NCBI GenBank assembly: GCA_030704615.1
Contig: CM060733.1
Span: 63,426,001 to 63,490,000 of the forward strand
Length of the DNA: 64,000 nt
Direction of reading: 5' to 3'
Origin: Takakia lepidozioides
Taxonomy: Eukaryota > Plantae > Bryophyta
The notes beneath the pieces were generated by a model. It did no database searches and was not told the DNA's origin. It saw nothing but the letters and a program-made list of their open reading frames with translations. This document shows, piece after piece, positions 23,860 to 35,599 of this stretch (position 1 is the stretch's first letter; every line of letters starts with the position of its first letter). The position numbers and the translations under genes are program-made.

Positions 23860-24214
23860 CGTTCATAGGAGGAGTTGCGGTTGCCCAGCGAGGCAAGATG
23901 CCGACACTAGCAGCATTCACAGCGGCAGTGAGTTGGCCTAGAGAGTTGCTTGAGGGCAATGCTCATTCAGAGGATGTACCACCTCCGGGAGAGCAGGATG
24001 ACATGTATGGTATGGCGGAGTTGCCTACCATGGTTGCTCAGACTCCATTGTGGGGCACGAGCAAGGATTTGCAGCGGGATGCTGATCGACGGGTGCAACA
24101 AGCCTGGGTGGAGGCTTTTGTACCGTCAAGAGAGGAGGAGAGTGTGGGGATTGCACCAGGACCACCTCAATTGTCTCCATTGGACACCACACCTATTGTG
24201 TGGCAGTCATCCGG

Positions 24215-25150
24215 ATGAAGGCATTTGTCTTCTGGACTTGTTTGGCGGGATCAGCACCGGATTGGCTGCTGTGTTACAGGCAGGTGTACGAGTTCGGCGT
24301 TACCTGTATGTGGAGAGGGATGAGACTGCACGACGCGTTTCACTTCGCCATGTTGCTCAGTTGGTGCAGCGGTACCCTGAGTTGTTGTCGGTGTCTGCAA
24401 TTCGTGGATATCAGCAGGCCTTGCCAGCAGACATTTCGTTGCTGGGGGCGCAGGATTTTGAGCGGGTTGGCTCCATTGATCTGGTAGTGGCAGGTTGGCC
24501 CTGCCAAGGGCATTCATCAGCCGGGCATGGCAATGGATTGCGAGACTCGAGGTCGGGTTGTTTTGGGAGATGGTGCGGGTTTTGCGCCACTTGCAGCTTC
24601 ATCAAGCTGTATCTCCACTCAGCATACATCTTGGAGAATGTGCCACTGATGGGCGATTCTCGGGCCAGGGTGATGGCCAGTGTGCATCAAGTCCGGTCGT
24701 GCTTGGGTCAGCAGTGTTGCTGGAGTGCAGCTACAGTGGGGTCACGGGCTCATCGTCCACGGCTATGGTGACTAAATGATGCCACCCGCACTGCTCAAGC
24801 GTGCATTTGATGGGGTGCAGCGGCCAGCACATCTCACAGTGGATAACATTTCTGGACACAGGGAGGGGCAGTCTCAACGTGTGAGACACGATGACCGTTC
24901 GCCTTTGGCAGTGGTCAACAAGGTGGGTCAACCACGAGCAGCATTACTCCACTGCTCAGCTTCCAAGATCGCATGCTTTCCGGATAGTGGACCTGGCTCC
25001 CTGTGGGATGCTCAGTTGCAGCAGTTAGTGGAGCCTAATGCTGACGAGCGTGAGCGGGCAATGGGTTTTTAACCATTGTACCACGGCGGTGTCGTCCTCT
25101 TTCTGATGCATCACGTCGTCAAGTGTTGGGGCAAGCAATGGATCTCATTG
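24215..25150 (+). pseudogene. C5 cytosine DNA methyltransferase domain, DNMT3-like, within pol (frameshifted)
   Basis: Motifs in order: I LDLFGGISTG, II YVERD, IV GWPCQGHS, V RDSRSGLFWE, VI ENV, VIII HRPRLW, IX ERERAMGF, X QVLGQAMD. Confidence 0.92.
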
Positions 25151-25183
25151 CTTGACCTGATTATCAGCTTGGCTCTAGCTGGC

Positions 25184-25683
25184 NNNNNNNNNNNNNNNNN
25201 NNNNNNNNNNNNNNNNNNNNNNNNNNNNNNNNNNNNNNNNNNNNNNNNNNNNNNNNNNNNNNNNNNNNNNNNNNNNNNNNNNNNNNNNNNNNNNNNNNNN
25301 NNNNNNNNNNNNNNNNNNNNNNNNNNNNNNNNNNNNNNNNNNNNNNNNNNNNNNNNNNNNNNNNNNNNNNNNNNNNNNNNNNNNNNNNNNNNNNNNNNNN
25401 NNNNNNNNNNNNNNNNNNNNNNNNNNNNNNNNNNNNNNNNNNNNNNNNNNNNNNNNNNNNNNNNNNNNNNNNNNNNNNNNNNNNNNNNNNNNNNNNNNNN
25501 NNNNNNNNNNNNNNNNNNNNNNNNNNNNNNNNNNNNNNNNNNNNNNNNNNNNNNNNNNNNNNNNNNNNNNNNNNNNNNNNNNNNNNNNNNNNNNNNNNNN
25601 NNNNNNNNNNNNNNNNNNNNNNNNNNNNNNNNNNNNNNNNNNNNNNNNNNNNNNNNNNNNNNNNNNNNNNNNNNNNNNNNNNN
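25184..25683. other. Assembly gap (500 N)
   Basis: Run of N. Confidence 1.
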
Positions 25684-26479
25684 ATTTCCCACTTCTACAC
25701 ACCCAATCCCAAACCCCAATCACTGAAAGGCAAAGAAAGAAACCAATAAGGTGTAGAGCAGTACCTTCCATGGTGCGACTGGGGCTGCAGGTTTAGGCGC
25801 CTCTGGGAGGACGGTTGGGGCTCCATGTATGCGAGTGACAGGCCTTGATACGGTAGGGATCTTTGACAGAGACACCTCCTTAGCCTTCGTACCCTGCAAA
25901 CCAACACAGCAAAATTACAATGGTTGTCCTACTGACCTATGAGCACATACATGCAGATGGTACGAATGGGTGGGAGGGCAGTGTAACCTGCGTTGATGTC
26001 AAGGCAGTGGCATCCACAAGGTCTGCCTGTCCCTTGGTATCATCTCCTGTGGGTTCCAGAGTATTCTGTTTGAGGGCTTCCTCTTTCTCTGCAGGGTCAG
26101 TCTCCAATTGAGTCTCTTCTGGCGGGGAGGCAGGTTTAATGCCCATAGTAGTATCCTCAGCTGCAACCACAGTAGCCTCAGTCTCTTTTGAAGTGCCACC
26201 CAAGACCTATGATAGCAACCTGGTCAGTAATAGGCACCAAGTACATGCAGAGAAGGAATGAATTACAATACCTTGCTTGTAGTTCCCTTCGAAGGTGCCA
26301 GATTAGTGATAGTCCTTTGTTCATGCCCAAGCTCAGATAGAGAGGGGCTGCAAGCTCGACTACCCTTCTGTGGGCCACCATGACATAACACCAATCAATG
26401 AAAACTAGCTCACACCTCAACATTGTTGATGAAAAGAGGAACTGAAACAAAAATGGAATGGAAGGGTTGCAGGTATACT

Positions 26480-26960
26480 TACCAATCGTGCGGCTTGGCC
26501 ACCAACCCCCACACGGCCCCAATGTGACTGGTTCTTTACACTGGCATGGGCCTGTTTCATGGTCTCAGTCTTTGTGATTTGTGTAGGGAAGTTCCAGTAA
26601 ACTAGAAGTCGGTCCCACATATCCTTTTCACAATTGAAGGACTTGTTACCTTTCTTCTTCATGCTGCCAATGGTCCTTACCTGAACGCATAATGCATCAA
26701 TCTCTCTGGAAGCATTCACTTGCACCTGGAAAAAAACAGCAGCAGTTGAGAAGCAGCCCATACAAAAAACCCTACATGGAGAAACCCTACATGCTCAAAC
26801 CCTACATACAAAAAGCCCTACATACCTTACGTCGCTTCTTCCCTTCTGCCACCCTTGCCACAATAGTAGCTTCCCAATTCCGATTGGAAGCACGTCGTTG
26901 TCGCTTCAGACGTGTAGCACGAGCACCTGGATCATCTGAAGACTCCGCAAGCCAGTCAGT
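26480..26960 (-). pseudogene. CACTA TnpA/Ptta-like remnant
   Basis: MWDRLLVYWNFPTQITKTETMKQAHASVKNQSHWGRVG resembles the W..L..YW...K...GR.G pattern of the Ptta/En/Spm family; followed by a gtaagt donor. Confidence 0.5.
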
Positions 26961-28984
26961 GCCTACATTGGCTGCACCTTGCCATTGGGCGCCCGGGAGG
27001 GCCATATGAGCCGTTGGACCCTCCCCACTATGGATTGCCTTGCTGGTTCCATGGCCATGGCCATGACCCTCCCGGAGGTCCCCACTGTGGTGGTGGAGGT
27101 CCCCACTCCTGCCCCACATTATATGCAGGGGGATGAGGTGGTTGCCCATATGTTTGTGGCACAACACGGGACCTTGAAGCAGCCTTCATCATGCAACAGA
27201 GACAACAAATTTTAGAATACACCAAGTCCATAGAAATCTACAAAGGCTAGGCTAGGATGGCATTGTTTAGTTCTCCAGGATTACCAATAAGTTAGATTAC
27301 CAAAAGGATTACCAAGCAAGTTCTCAAGGATTACCAAAAATTTGGCAAGGTCTGCAGCTGTAAATGCATGAAAGGTGATTCGCTGCACCACAGGTCATAG
27401 GTATTTTCAATGCAATTAGCATAGCACACATTGACATAGATTAGACGATCTCATCTAATCTATCAAGGGAATTGTGCCTGTACCTCTATCTACCAAACAA
27501 ACTGGGCACGGGGTCAATGGCCACAAAGCTGCGACAAACAACGTCTTATGAGTACATGACTTCTTACAAGCACTGGCCCCTGGACAGATTTGAAGAGAAG
27601 GTCTATCTGTTGACAAGACCCTGGACTGGAAACAAGCTCAGGGAAGTTTTCTGCCTAACTTCAAATCCATCAGACAATTTCCTGACACAATTTCATAGCA
27701 CACTTTGACATAGATGAATTCATTAGCATGAACAAGCTTGTTCCTGCATCTGTCTTCCCCCCCTCTCTCTTTCACATTCAAACTGGCCGGAGTTCTCTCA
27801 CTAGACTGACAATCTCCTTAAATCTATCGAGGGAATTGTGCTAGTACCTATGTTTACCTAACAAAGAAGAGACTGAGGGTAAACAAGAAACTCGATTGTC
27901 CTCAACTATCCTCATCGTGTCAATGGACATGATCCAGTCCTACGGGCCTCAAACATCCATGCACACTTGCGGAATGTCAGCACATGTCTCAGCATGGTTC
28001 CACAGGTGTAAATGGATGTTTGAGGACCGTAGGACAAAATCTTGTCCGCTGAGACGAGGAGCAGTAATGCTGCAGTCTCCTGCCAACCCCTCTATCATAC
28101 GATCTCGATCCTTGACAAAGCATTGGATCTTCGGGATTTCCATTATGCAAAACTTTTGCACCCCTAAATAGTCCCATCGTCCGATATGAAATGTGCAATG
28201 TATACACGCCCCCATGTGCATATGCTTCCACGATTTCTGCCCTCATGGGGTCCGTTGCAGTATGAAGGGGTATCATGAGGGACCAGAAGCACATGACGAT
28301 ATGGAGGACAGATAAGGCAGTAGCAATTTTATGACATACAAGCATACCATAAAGCCTAACCTTCCCTAAAGCACAACAAGAAGGCCAAAATAGTGGAAGC
28401 ATATGCACGATGGTGGCTGTAGAACTCGGCCCGCCAATCCTGTCCTGTTCAAACACACCCTTCATCATCATCAACGTCGCTCGTGCACAAAAAGAAGACG
28501 GCGTGCGTGGAAACGCCCTCCGCAACATCCGACAACAAAGAGCCCCCATAAGAGAGAGGCCGGTTTTGGTGGCAAGGTATAGATTTTCCCAGCCCTAAAA
28601 AAGGAGGGCTCGGCGGACCACGGGCGCGGCTGGGCGACCGTGCGCAGCGGCGGGCGGAGGGTCCGGGTGGGGGGAGCCGGGCGTCCGTGCGCGGGGCCCA
28701 CCAGTCAGCTCGCGCGTGCGCCATAATGTCCCAATTATTGTAAAATGAGAGGCTATTTTTTATATTAATGAAATTTGCAGTCGTGTTGACGACTGCGGGT
28801 TGGACCCCCCGTGAACATTTTTAGGGATTGTAACACAAATGGCACTATTTTGAAATTACAATGACACGCGTCGAATTGCAAGCGGGACAATTGATAGGGA
28901 ACGCGACCTCCTCTTTGCCCTTTTCCAGGGCTGCCAGGATCACACATGCATTGCAAACACAGTAGATGAAGGAAGGGAAGAAGA

Positions 28985-29545
28985 AGGCATGCTAACATTG
29001 TCGAAGCTGGAATCGTACCAGATGTTGTTCTGAACAGTGCTCTGATGAACATGTATGCAAAATGTGGGAGCATCGAGGATGCAAAGGGAGTGTTGGACAA
29101 TATGGCCGAACGAGATGTGGTGTCTTGGACTGCAATGATCACAACTTATGCATAGCAGGAGCGCGGGATGGAGGCTTTGGAGACCTATGAGCAAATGATG
29201 AGGGAAGAGGTGAAGCCCGACCAGATCACCCCAGGTTAGGTTTGCAAGGTGTGTGCGAGCCTGGCAGCGCTGGATAAGGGCAAGGAAGTCCATGGGGACA
29301 TTGTCAAAGCTAGAATTTTACCAGATGTCATTCTGAATAGTACCCTGGTGGACATGTATGCTAAATGTGGGTGCATTGAGGATGCAAAGGGAGTGTTCGA
29401 CCTCATGGCTGAACAAAATGTGGTGTCTTGGAGCGCAATGATTGCAGGATATGCACAACATGGGTGCGGGATAGAGGCTTTGGAGACCTATGAGAAAATG
29501 GTGGGAAGGGGTGAAGCCCAATCACATCACCTTTATTTGTGTCTG
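28985..29545 (+). pseudogene. PLS-class pentatricopeptide repeat gene fragment
   Basis: SALMNMYAKCGSIEDAKGVLDNMAERDVVSWTAMI and STLVDMYAKCGCIEDAKGVFDLMAEQNVVSWSAMIAGYAQHG. Internal stop and frameshifts. Confidence 0.93.
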
Positions 29546-30819
29546 CAATACCCAACCCACAGTCAATGTATATCACTAGCGAAGTAGTGCATTTCAAACC
29601 TCCAGTTGCATCTGTCACTTCAACACTCTAGTTGTCGACTCTACTTGCAAGTCGTAAAGGCAACCAGCAGACAACTCATCGCGCCACGTGGTGTGGCCTC
29701 AAGCCTGCACGTGGCCACATCCGGAATGTCACGGTAGAGAACACGTGGAGTACCGACACACAGCCACACGGCTGTATGCCCGGCGTGCAGACCGTGGGGA
29801 AGTCACACCCCCCGGTCAAAAGTCCATTGTGGTCAAGGTCCAAAATTCAGTCAACGTCGCGCGCGGTGACGCCATGTGGCCACACCTTAAAAATTACCCC
29901 CCAGTCGGCGTGACGACTGACTAGAACGACTCCGACCACGTAATGACTGGAACGACTGGGCTGTCCGATAGGTCTTGTCCTTTCGGACTCGTAGTCGCCC
30001 AATCGTTTTTTGACTGAAACGACTGGGTTTCCAGTCGTTTTTTGAGTTGTTATTTCGGCGATTCCTTGTAGTGGTGGGACTACGGAGAGGGTGCTTGCTA
30101 TAACAAGCAGTAGCTGCGTTTCCCTGGTGGTGGCGGGAATGAGATGATGCCAGTGGGATTGGCGGCTGGGATAATGCAGTGCTTTGATGGTGGCCGTTAT
30201 CTGTTTATACAGGGATGGCGGCTGAGTGAGACTGTGAGGTGGTGGGGCATAATGAGTTTTAGTTTTGGTGTAAGGTGACGATGAATAATCATCAAGAGCT
30301 GGGGTGGCGGGGCACCACATACTGACAGTTTGTATGAGAGAGGTGATATTGGAGAGAGGTTGTGATAGGAGGTGGAAGTGAGAGAGGGTTATTTGGGGGG
30401 ATGCATTGATCTGTGCAGTTAAGTTGAGGGGGGGTTTATTAAAGAGTAGACGCCTTTCCACCGTAGGCAAGGGGCATTACAGTTGTGTTTTGGGAGGGCT
30501 TGTTGTAATGTTACATGGCATGTAGGGTGTATATCTTGGGGAATGCACCGTTTTGACGGCTGTGGATATGGTGTATGGTACTGGCATTGTGTATTAATGG
30601 TGGTTAGAGGATGTATGGTGTGGGGGGGTGTGTATGTTTTATGGTGTAGGCAGTTGTGGCTTTTACTGTCTGAGCTAGAGTGGGGTGTCCAGTGCCAGTT
30701 GTATGAACTTTGTGTGTATGGTAAGTTCGTGGTGGCGTGGGGGATAAATGTATGTTGATGTGGATATTGTTGGGGGGATTGACAGTAAGTAGGGGTGGTC
30801 TTAGTATGGTTGTGCCCAA

Positions 30820-32460
30820 CTTCCCACCGACTGCTACGGGATCGGATCTAGCCCCCTAATCAGCTCCTACGCCCGCACACTTGGCACACAAATAAAAGAA
30901 GCCCTCAATGATCCAGGTCGTTTAGGTTTCATCTATCAAGGACTCCTCAAATTTCTTGCCCTCAAATACAATGGATTATACTCTCTCCCGTCACTACATC
31001 CACAGGCCTGACTGCACTCCCCTACAGCACGTACATTGCTCATTTTACCACAAATGAACACTAGTATACAAACCGATCTACCAAACTATCCCAATACCTC
31101 ATCACAGATAGAACGAGCTTGGCTCACCAGCCCATTCCTCTCCCAATTCGATCACTCTCACCCTAAACAAAGAACCCCTACCCTTTCTTACTTACGAGAG
31201 TGCCACATTACCACTCTTACCCAAATCACCACTGCAACTGGACACAGACTCCTCACACCTAAGGAATTCACCCTCAAACACTCCAGAGCCACAACCAAAA
31301 CCTGTCGATACCTACACTTCCTCCGCACCCTATTTTGCCACCCCTCCCCTCATGCACTCTTGACTGTAGAATTCCCTGCCCATACTTCCCCCACACTCCC
31401 CAAGATCTACGCCCCCAATACCGATCAGATCCCGCACCCTCCATTCTCCAAAAGCTTAAAACAACATACGCCAATAACGACAATGTCCCCCCCGTCCCTA
31501 CCCCACAATACCAACTACCACACCGCCATCACCACACACTAAGTCAAGATTGCTGCCAAAATACCTCTATCACCTCTAACTCGTCAAACACAACCCTCCT
31601 CTCACAACCACTACCAACACCACCTCCCACTACAACTCTGAAAATCCAGATGCCTACGTTATTGAAGCTATCATAGGCATAAAAACCCAAACGTCGATTG
31701 ATTCCTTCGGAGCCACATGTATGGACACCTATTACCACTGCAAATGGGTCGGATATCCCTCCGAAGACAAAGACATCAATCATGACCCCCCCATGATTTG
31801 CATGGGCCCCTGCTTCTCTAATATACACGCCAAGTACGGTCGATTCATTGGCTTAATCCCTAATAACCATTTAAAATGGTTATGGGAAAAATACTCTACC
31901 ACACACACTCAACCCACATCCCTACAACCTCCCAAACAAGACTTTGCTACCGAAATCAATTGTTTAGTAGAGCGATACCTCAAAGACAACCCCCCAAAAA
32001 AACCACGTTCTCCAAATCGACTGACATAGGCATGTGCTCACAGTACCCTCCCCCAAGACATCCTTACACTGCTTATTGACTCATTTCAACTCACTCATTC
32101 ATACTACTCCAGCCCTCTTACATGCCCCATGGAACTAACCACATATGCCAGCCCACACCATAGAGAGACTGCCTCTTTGGCGCCACCGGCACCGCTACAC
32201 AACACACTTGGTCCAACAGAGGCCTTGCTCACCCCCCTCCTGGCTCCCCGACACATGAAGCCCTCCAATGGGCGCGTTTAGCGCCCACGCCTCTCCATAT
32301 GCCCTCACAATACTTATCCTCACCCAACAAAAATTGCCTGACGATTCCCACCCCCTTTTACGCCTCCCCACTGGAGCCCCACTATTGAACCAAACCAACT
32401 TAAATACGCACACACCCCCCCTCTTCCCAAATACCTCCAGCAGAAATAACCATCTCTAAC
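30820..32460 (+). mobile_element. Degenerate non-LTR retrotransposon fragment (Dualen/RandI-like) with chromodomain-like and PCIF1-like MTase motifs
   Basis: C/A-rich coding relic containing post-RT-like EALNDPGRLGFIYQGL, YVIEAII...YHCKWVGY (31655-31760) and SSPLTC...YASPHHRDCLFGATG...AHPP (32045-32325). Confidence 0.55.
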
Positions 32461-35400
32461 CCTTATCCTACTCATACAGCGCACCTCCCCGACCAACATA
32501 CCCCCTTCCCTCCTCTAGTGTCTCCATAAACTACTTACACAAACTCACAAAATGAAAGCTAACATTGCTCCCCCTTACAAGACTAACCAACCCACTTCCA
32601 ATTACGAAAATATTTCCCTCCCTCCCCGTGAACATTCGAGAAGATCATCATAACTAGAAACTCCTTAGCCCCTCACGTAAGCACGCAGGCTTAGTGAGTA
32701 CCAACACCCCCATGAGCTGCGATCATATCGGCAATGGGACATCAAGGATCACTAGTTCAAACCCATATGTGTTAATAAATGACATCCCATCCAGGTACTT
32801 GGTTAAAAAGCCTCATAGTACATGTAAACCAGGTTTATAATACCTGGTTACAAAAGCTTTTTATAATGACAAGTAAACAAAAGATATATTAGCAATAGTC
32901 TAAATATCTGCAGCATAAGGATTGAAGAGAGGGAGAGAGAGGGAGAGAGGGGGCCAAAAAAAAAAAAAAAGGTGGGGGGGGGGGGGGGGGTATTGAGCAG
33001 TTGCTGCTCAACAGCTCCTGCTACTCAAACCCCCAACCCCCCCCCAACCTTATTTTTTATTTTTTTCACTCCCTCTCTCCCTCTCTGGTTTTTTTTTTTT
33101 TGTGAGCAGCACAAAAGAGAGGGAAGATACTATGTCATGTCAAGACATAGACAAGACTTCTAAAGTCATTGTTAGGAAGAGACAAAGCAACCTTCAGAGA
33201 AGGCATTATCTAACAACTTCTTCCATACTCAGCTTCTGATTTGATTGACCCTTGCAGATTTTAGGGTATCTTAAATCTATGGGTGGGAGGGATTGTAAGG
33301 CATGCATCATGGACATAACCCTATTTTCTCTAAAGAAAATCCACCACCCATCAGCCAAACAGGTGTAACATGCCATGGAGCAAAAATTAAGTCTAGAGAT
33401 ATCATTCCAGAACCTCCTTACAACCATTATAAGTGTAACTGAGCTATTACACCATGTTTAAACATTTGCAAAGTAGTTCCTAAGCAAAATAAACATACAT
33501 AGAGTTGTATGAGCTTTCAGAAAAACAACATCAGGCCTTAAGGTGTTGTTTCAAAGCATTATCAACACCATGCCATAGTAAAAACAAGCACATTAAGTAC
33601 CAGTCTGATACCAAGTTATAAACAAAGTTGTTTGAATTATCAAAAGCTAGACAGGCCTTAAAGTGTTGCTGCAAAGCCTTGTCAGCACACTGCCAGAATA
33701 AAAGCGTGCTCAATAGATACCAGCTAGCAGGTCATATTCCTCAAGAGCCACTGGGGGCTTTCAAAGACAATTTGTATTCTACAAAAGCTTTCTCAGATGC
33801 CCTGCATAGTAGTTTACTAAGCAAAAATGGAGAAACAGAGCTGTTGCGATTTTTCATATGCTGATCCATGCCTGGACATATTGTACCAGGGCCTTATCAC
33901 CATTCTGCTAAATCAAAACAAACTCAAAAGGCAAGGATGCTAGATCGTGAGCGGTGTGTCGCGCACCTCACTTCAGTAAGCTCCCCCCTCAAGTCATAGT
34001 TACTCGCTTTGATGCGCGCGCCTGACTCCCAACCTGGCCGCCGGGCCAACTTGGAGCTTTGGCTGCTCACCGGGGCATAACGGTCCCCCTTTGTTCTCCC
34101 AAAGAACCCTCCACCTATTTGGAACCAGCGGGAATTCCCTTTGGTAGTTGGCAGTCCGGAACAGCTCCCCACTCTTTGGTCGCTTTCCGGCTCGCTCGCT
34201 TACTCACTAGTTTTTGGTCACCAACGGGCTTGCACCATTCTCGGGGTTACTACTCCCTATATATACTTCTGTAGCTGTCCGCGGGGGTTTCACAACCAGC
34301 CATGCCATTTTATGGCGAACCACCACGAAAACCCTCGACTCCCGGTGATGAGTCGCGGTGAGTCTTGGCCCGCTCACCACGGCCCCTATGGACCGTGATG
34401 AGTCCCAAGACTCCCCACGACTCCCACCACGAGGTCTCCGCCCCCATGGTGAGTCCTATGCCACCCCCACTAAGTCCCGCTAAGCTACCACCACCCTTGT
34501 GGAGCCACCCCCACCGCAACCCGGTGTGCGGGGCTCCACCTAGTGAGCGCCTCCGCCTCCTTGAGTGCCTTGGGCACTCAAGGGTGCTTCAGCCCCCCAT
34601 ACCTATCGCTGCTGCTGCCCCCACCACAGGGGCAGCCCCTCATGTGTCCCGACCCCCTGCCCTCAAGGCAAAGGGCCGCGACACACACCCCTACCAACAG
34701 GGAGTCGATGTCCTCATCGACTTGTCCATTTTGTAGAAACGAACATCCAAGTTGTGGCGTCCCACATCAAGGAGTTTGTTTCCGTACCATGGCGTCCATG
34801 GCAAAGAACCAAACCCCACACTTGACTCTACTCTCCACTAGCTAGTTGGCCGACTTCCTCCAAGTCCCGGCCAAGGGTGGAGCCTCTCCAGCTCCTCCCA
34901 GTGCACTCTTCTTGGCCTACTTCAAGGCCAAGGAACGATCCTCCCCGAGGATCGAATCGCCTTACTGCAACAACATTGCTTGCGATCGCTCATGATGCCG
35001 CTTTTGGCATCACCTTGAGCAAGGGTTCACCTGGAACCCTCTTTGACTAGGAAGATAACCTTGAACCAACCGTGCGCCCCAATCACTACAATTGGGTCCG
35101 CCTTGGAATGCTGGCCTGAGGTACGGGAACACGCCGAAGCGCACTACGACTTCGTCCGAGGCTACACGATTATAGTACGTGAACGGAAGCACGTAGCTTC
35201 CGCGTTAGCCCGCACTACAAGGCAACCCCTCGGTAGCGCAGTTATAGTACGCGCACGCGCCAGGTGCGCACTAGCACGTGAACTCCCAAAGAAGGCGCAA
35301 GTTTCCTTGCCCCTTGGATGGGGGTCACCCGATTTCGGCACTACGCAAACACACGATTAACCCAATTTACCTCTCCCACTTTTATAAGCTAGCATGCATT

Positions 35401-35599
35401 CTACACACTAGCCAACCATACCATGCATCACCATTCCAAACAAAATAGGACGCACAACATTTGGAATCCATTTCATTTTTTTGTACAATACAAGTTTTTG
35501 CAATCGGATTTTCCAATACAAGCAATCGGATTCTAAGCTAGCTAAACCGGGCTAAGCATGCATTTCCTCCCCCACGCTCCAAGGTTGATGTCCCCATCA

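Larger units (their letters stand above)
18235..25183 (+). mobile_element. Ty3/Gypsy-like retrotransposon encoding a C5 DNA methyltransferase (5' half; runs into gap)
   Basis: Starts TGTCAAG with 327-bp repeat A, shared with 56600-56926. Then a ~2.7 kb leader, gag, protease and a DNMT domain. Confidence 0.9.
25684..30073. mobile_element. CACTA (En/Spm) element, right portion
   Basis: Ends ...ATTCCTTGTAGTG at 30073 (reverse complement CACTACAAGGAAT), with ACGACT/AGTCGT subterminal repeats at 29900-30040. Internal TnpA-like remnant. Left end not visible. Confidence 0.7.

Noticed and set aside
24215-25150. Bacterial restriction-modification methylase or host DNMT gene
   Set aside because: It is intronless and collinear with gag-protease inside a retroelement, there is no cognate nuclease, and the context is eukaryotic.
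25076-25771. ORFs spanning N runs (also 59394-60297)
   Set aside because: Artefacts of the assembly gaps.
30074-30820. Inverted second LINE piece (twin priming)
   Set aside because: The composition mirrors the adjacent LINE relic, but I could not recognise any protein motif or TSD.
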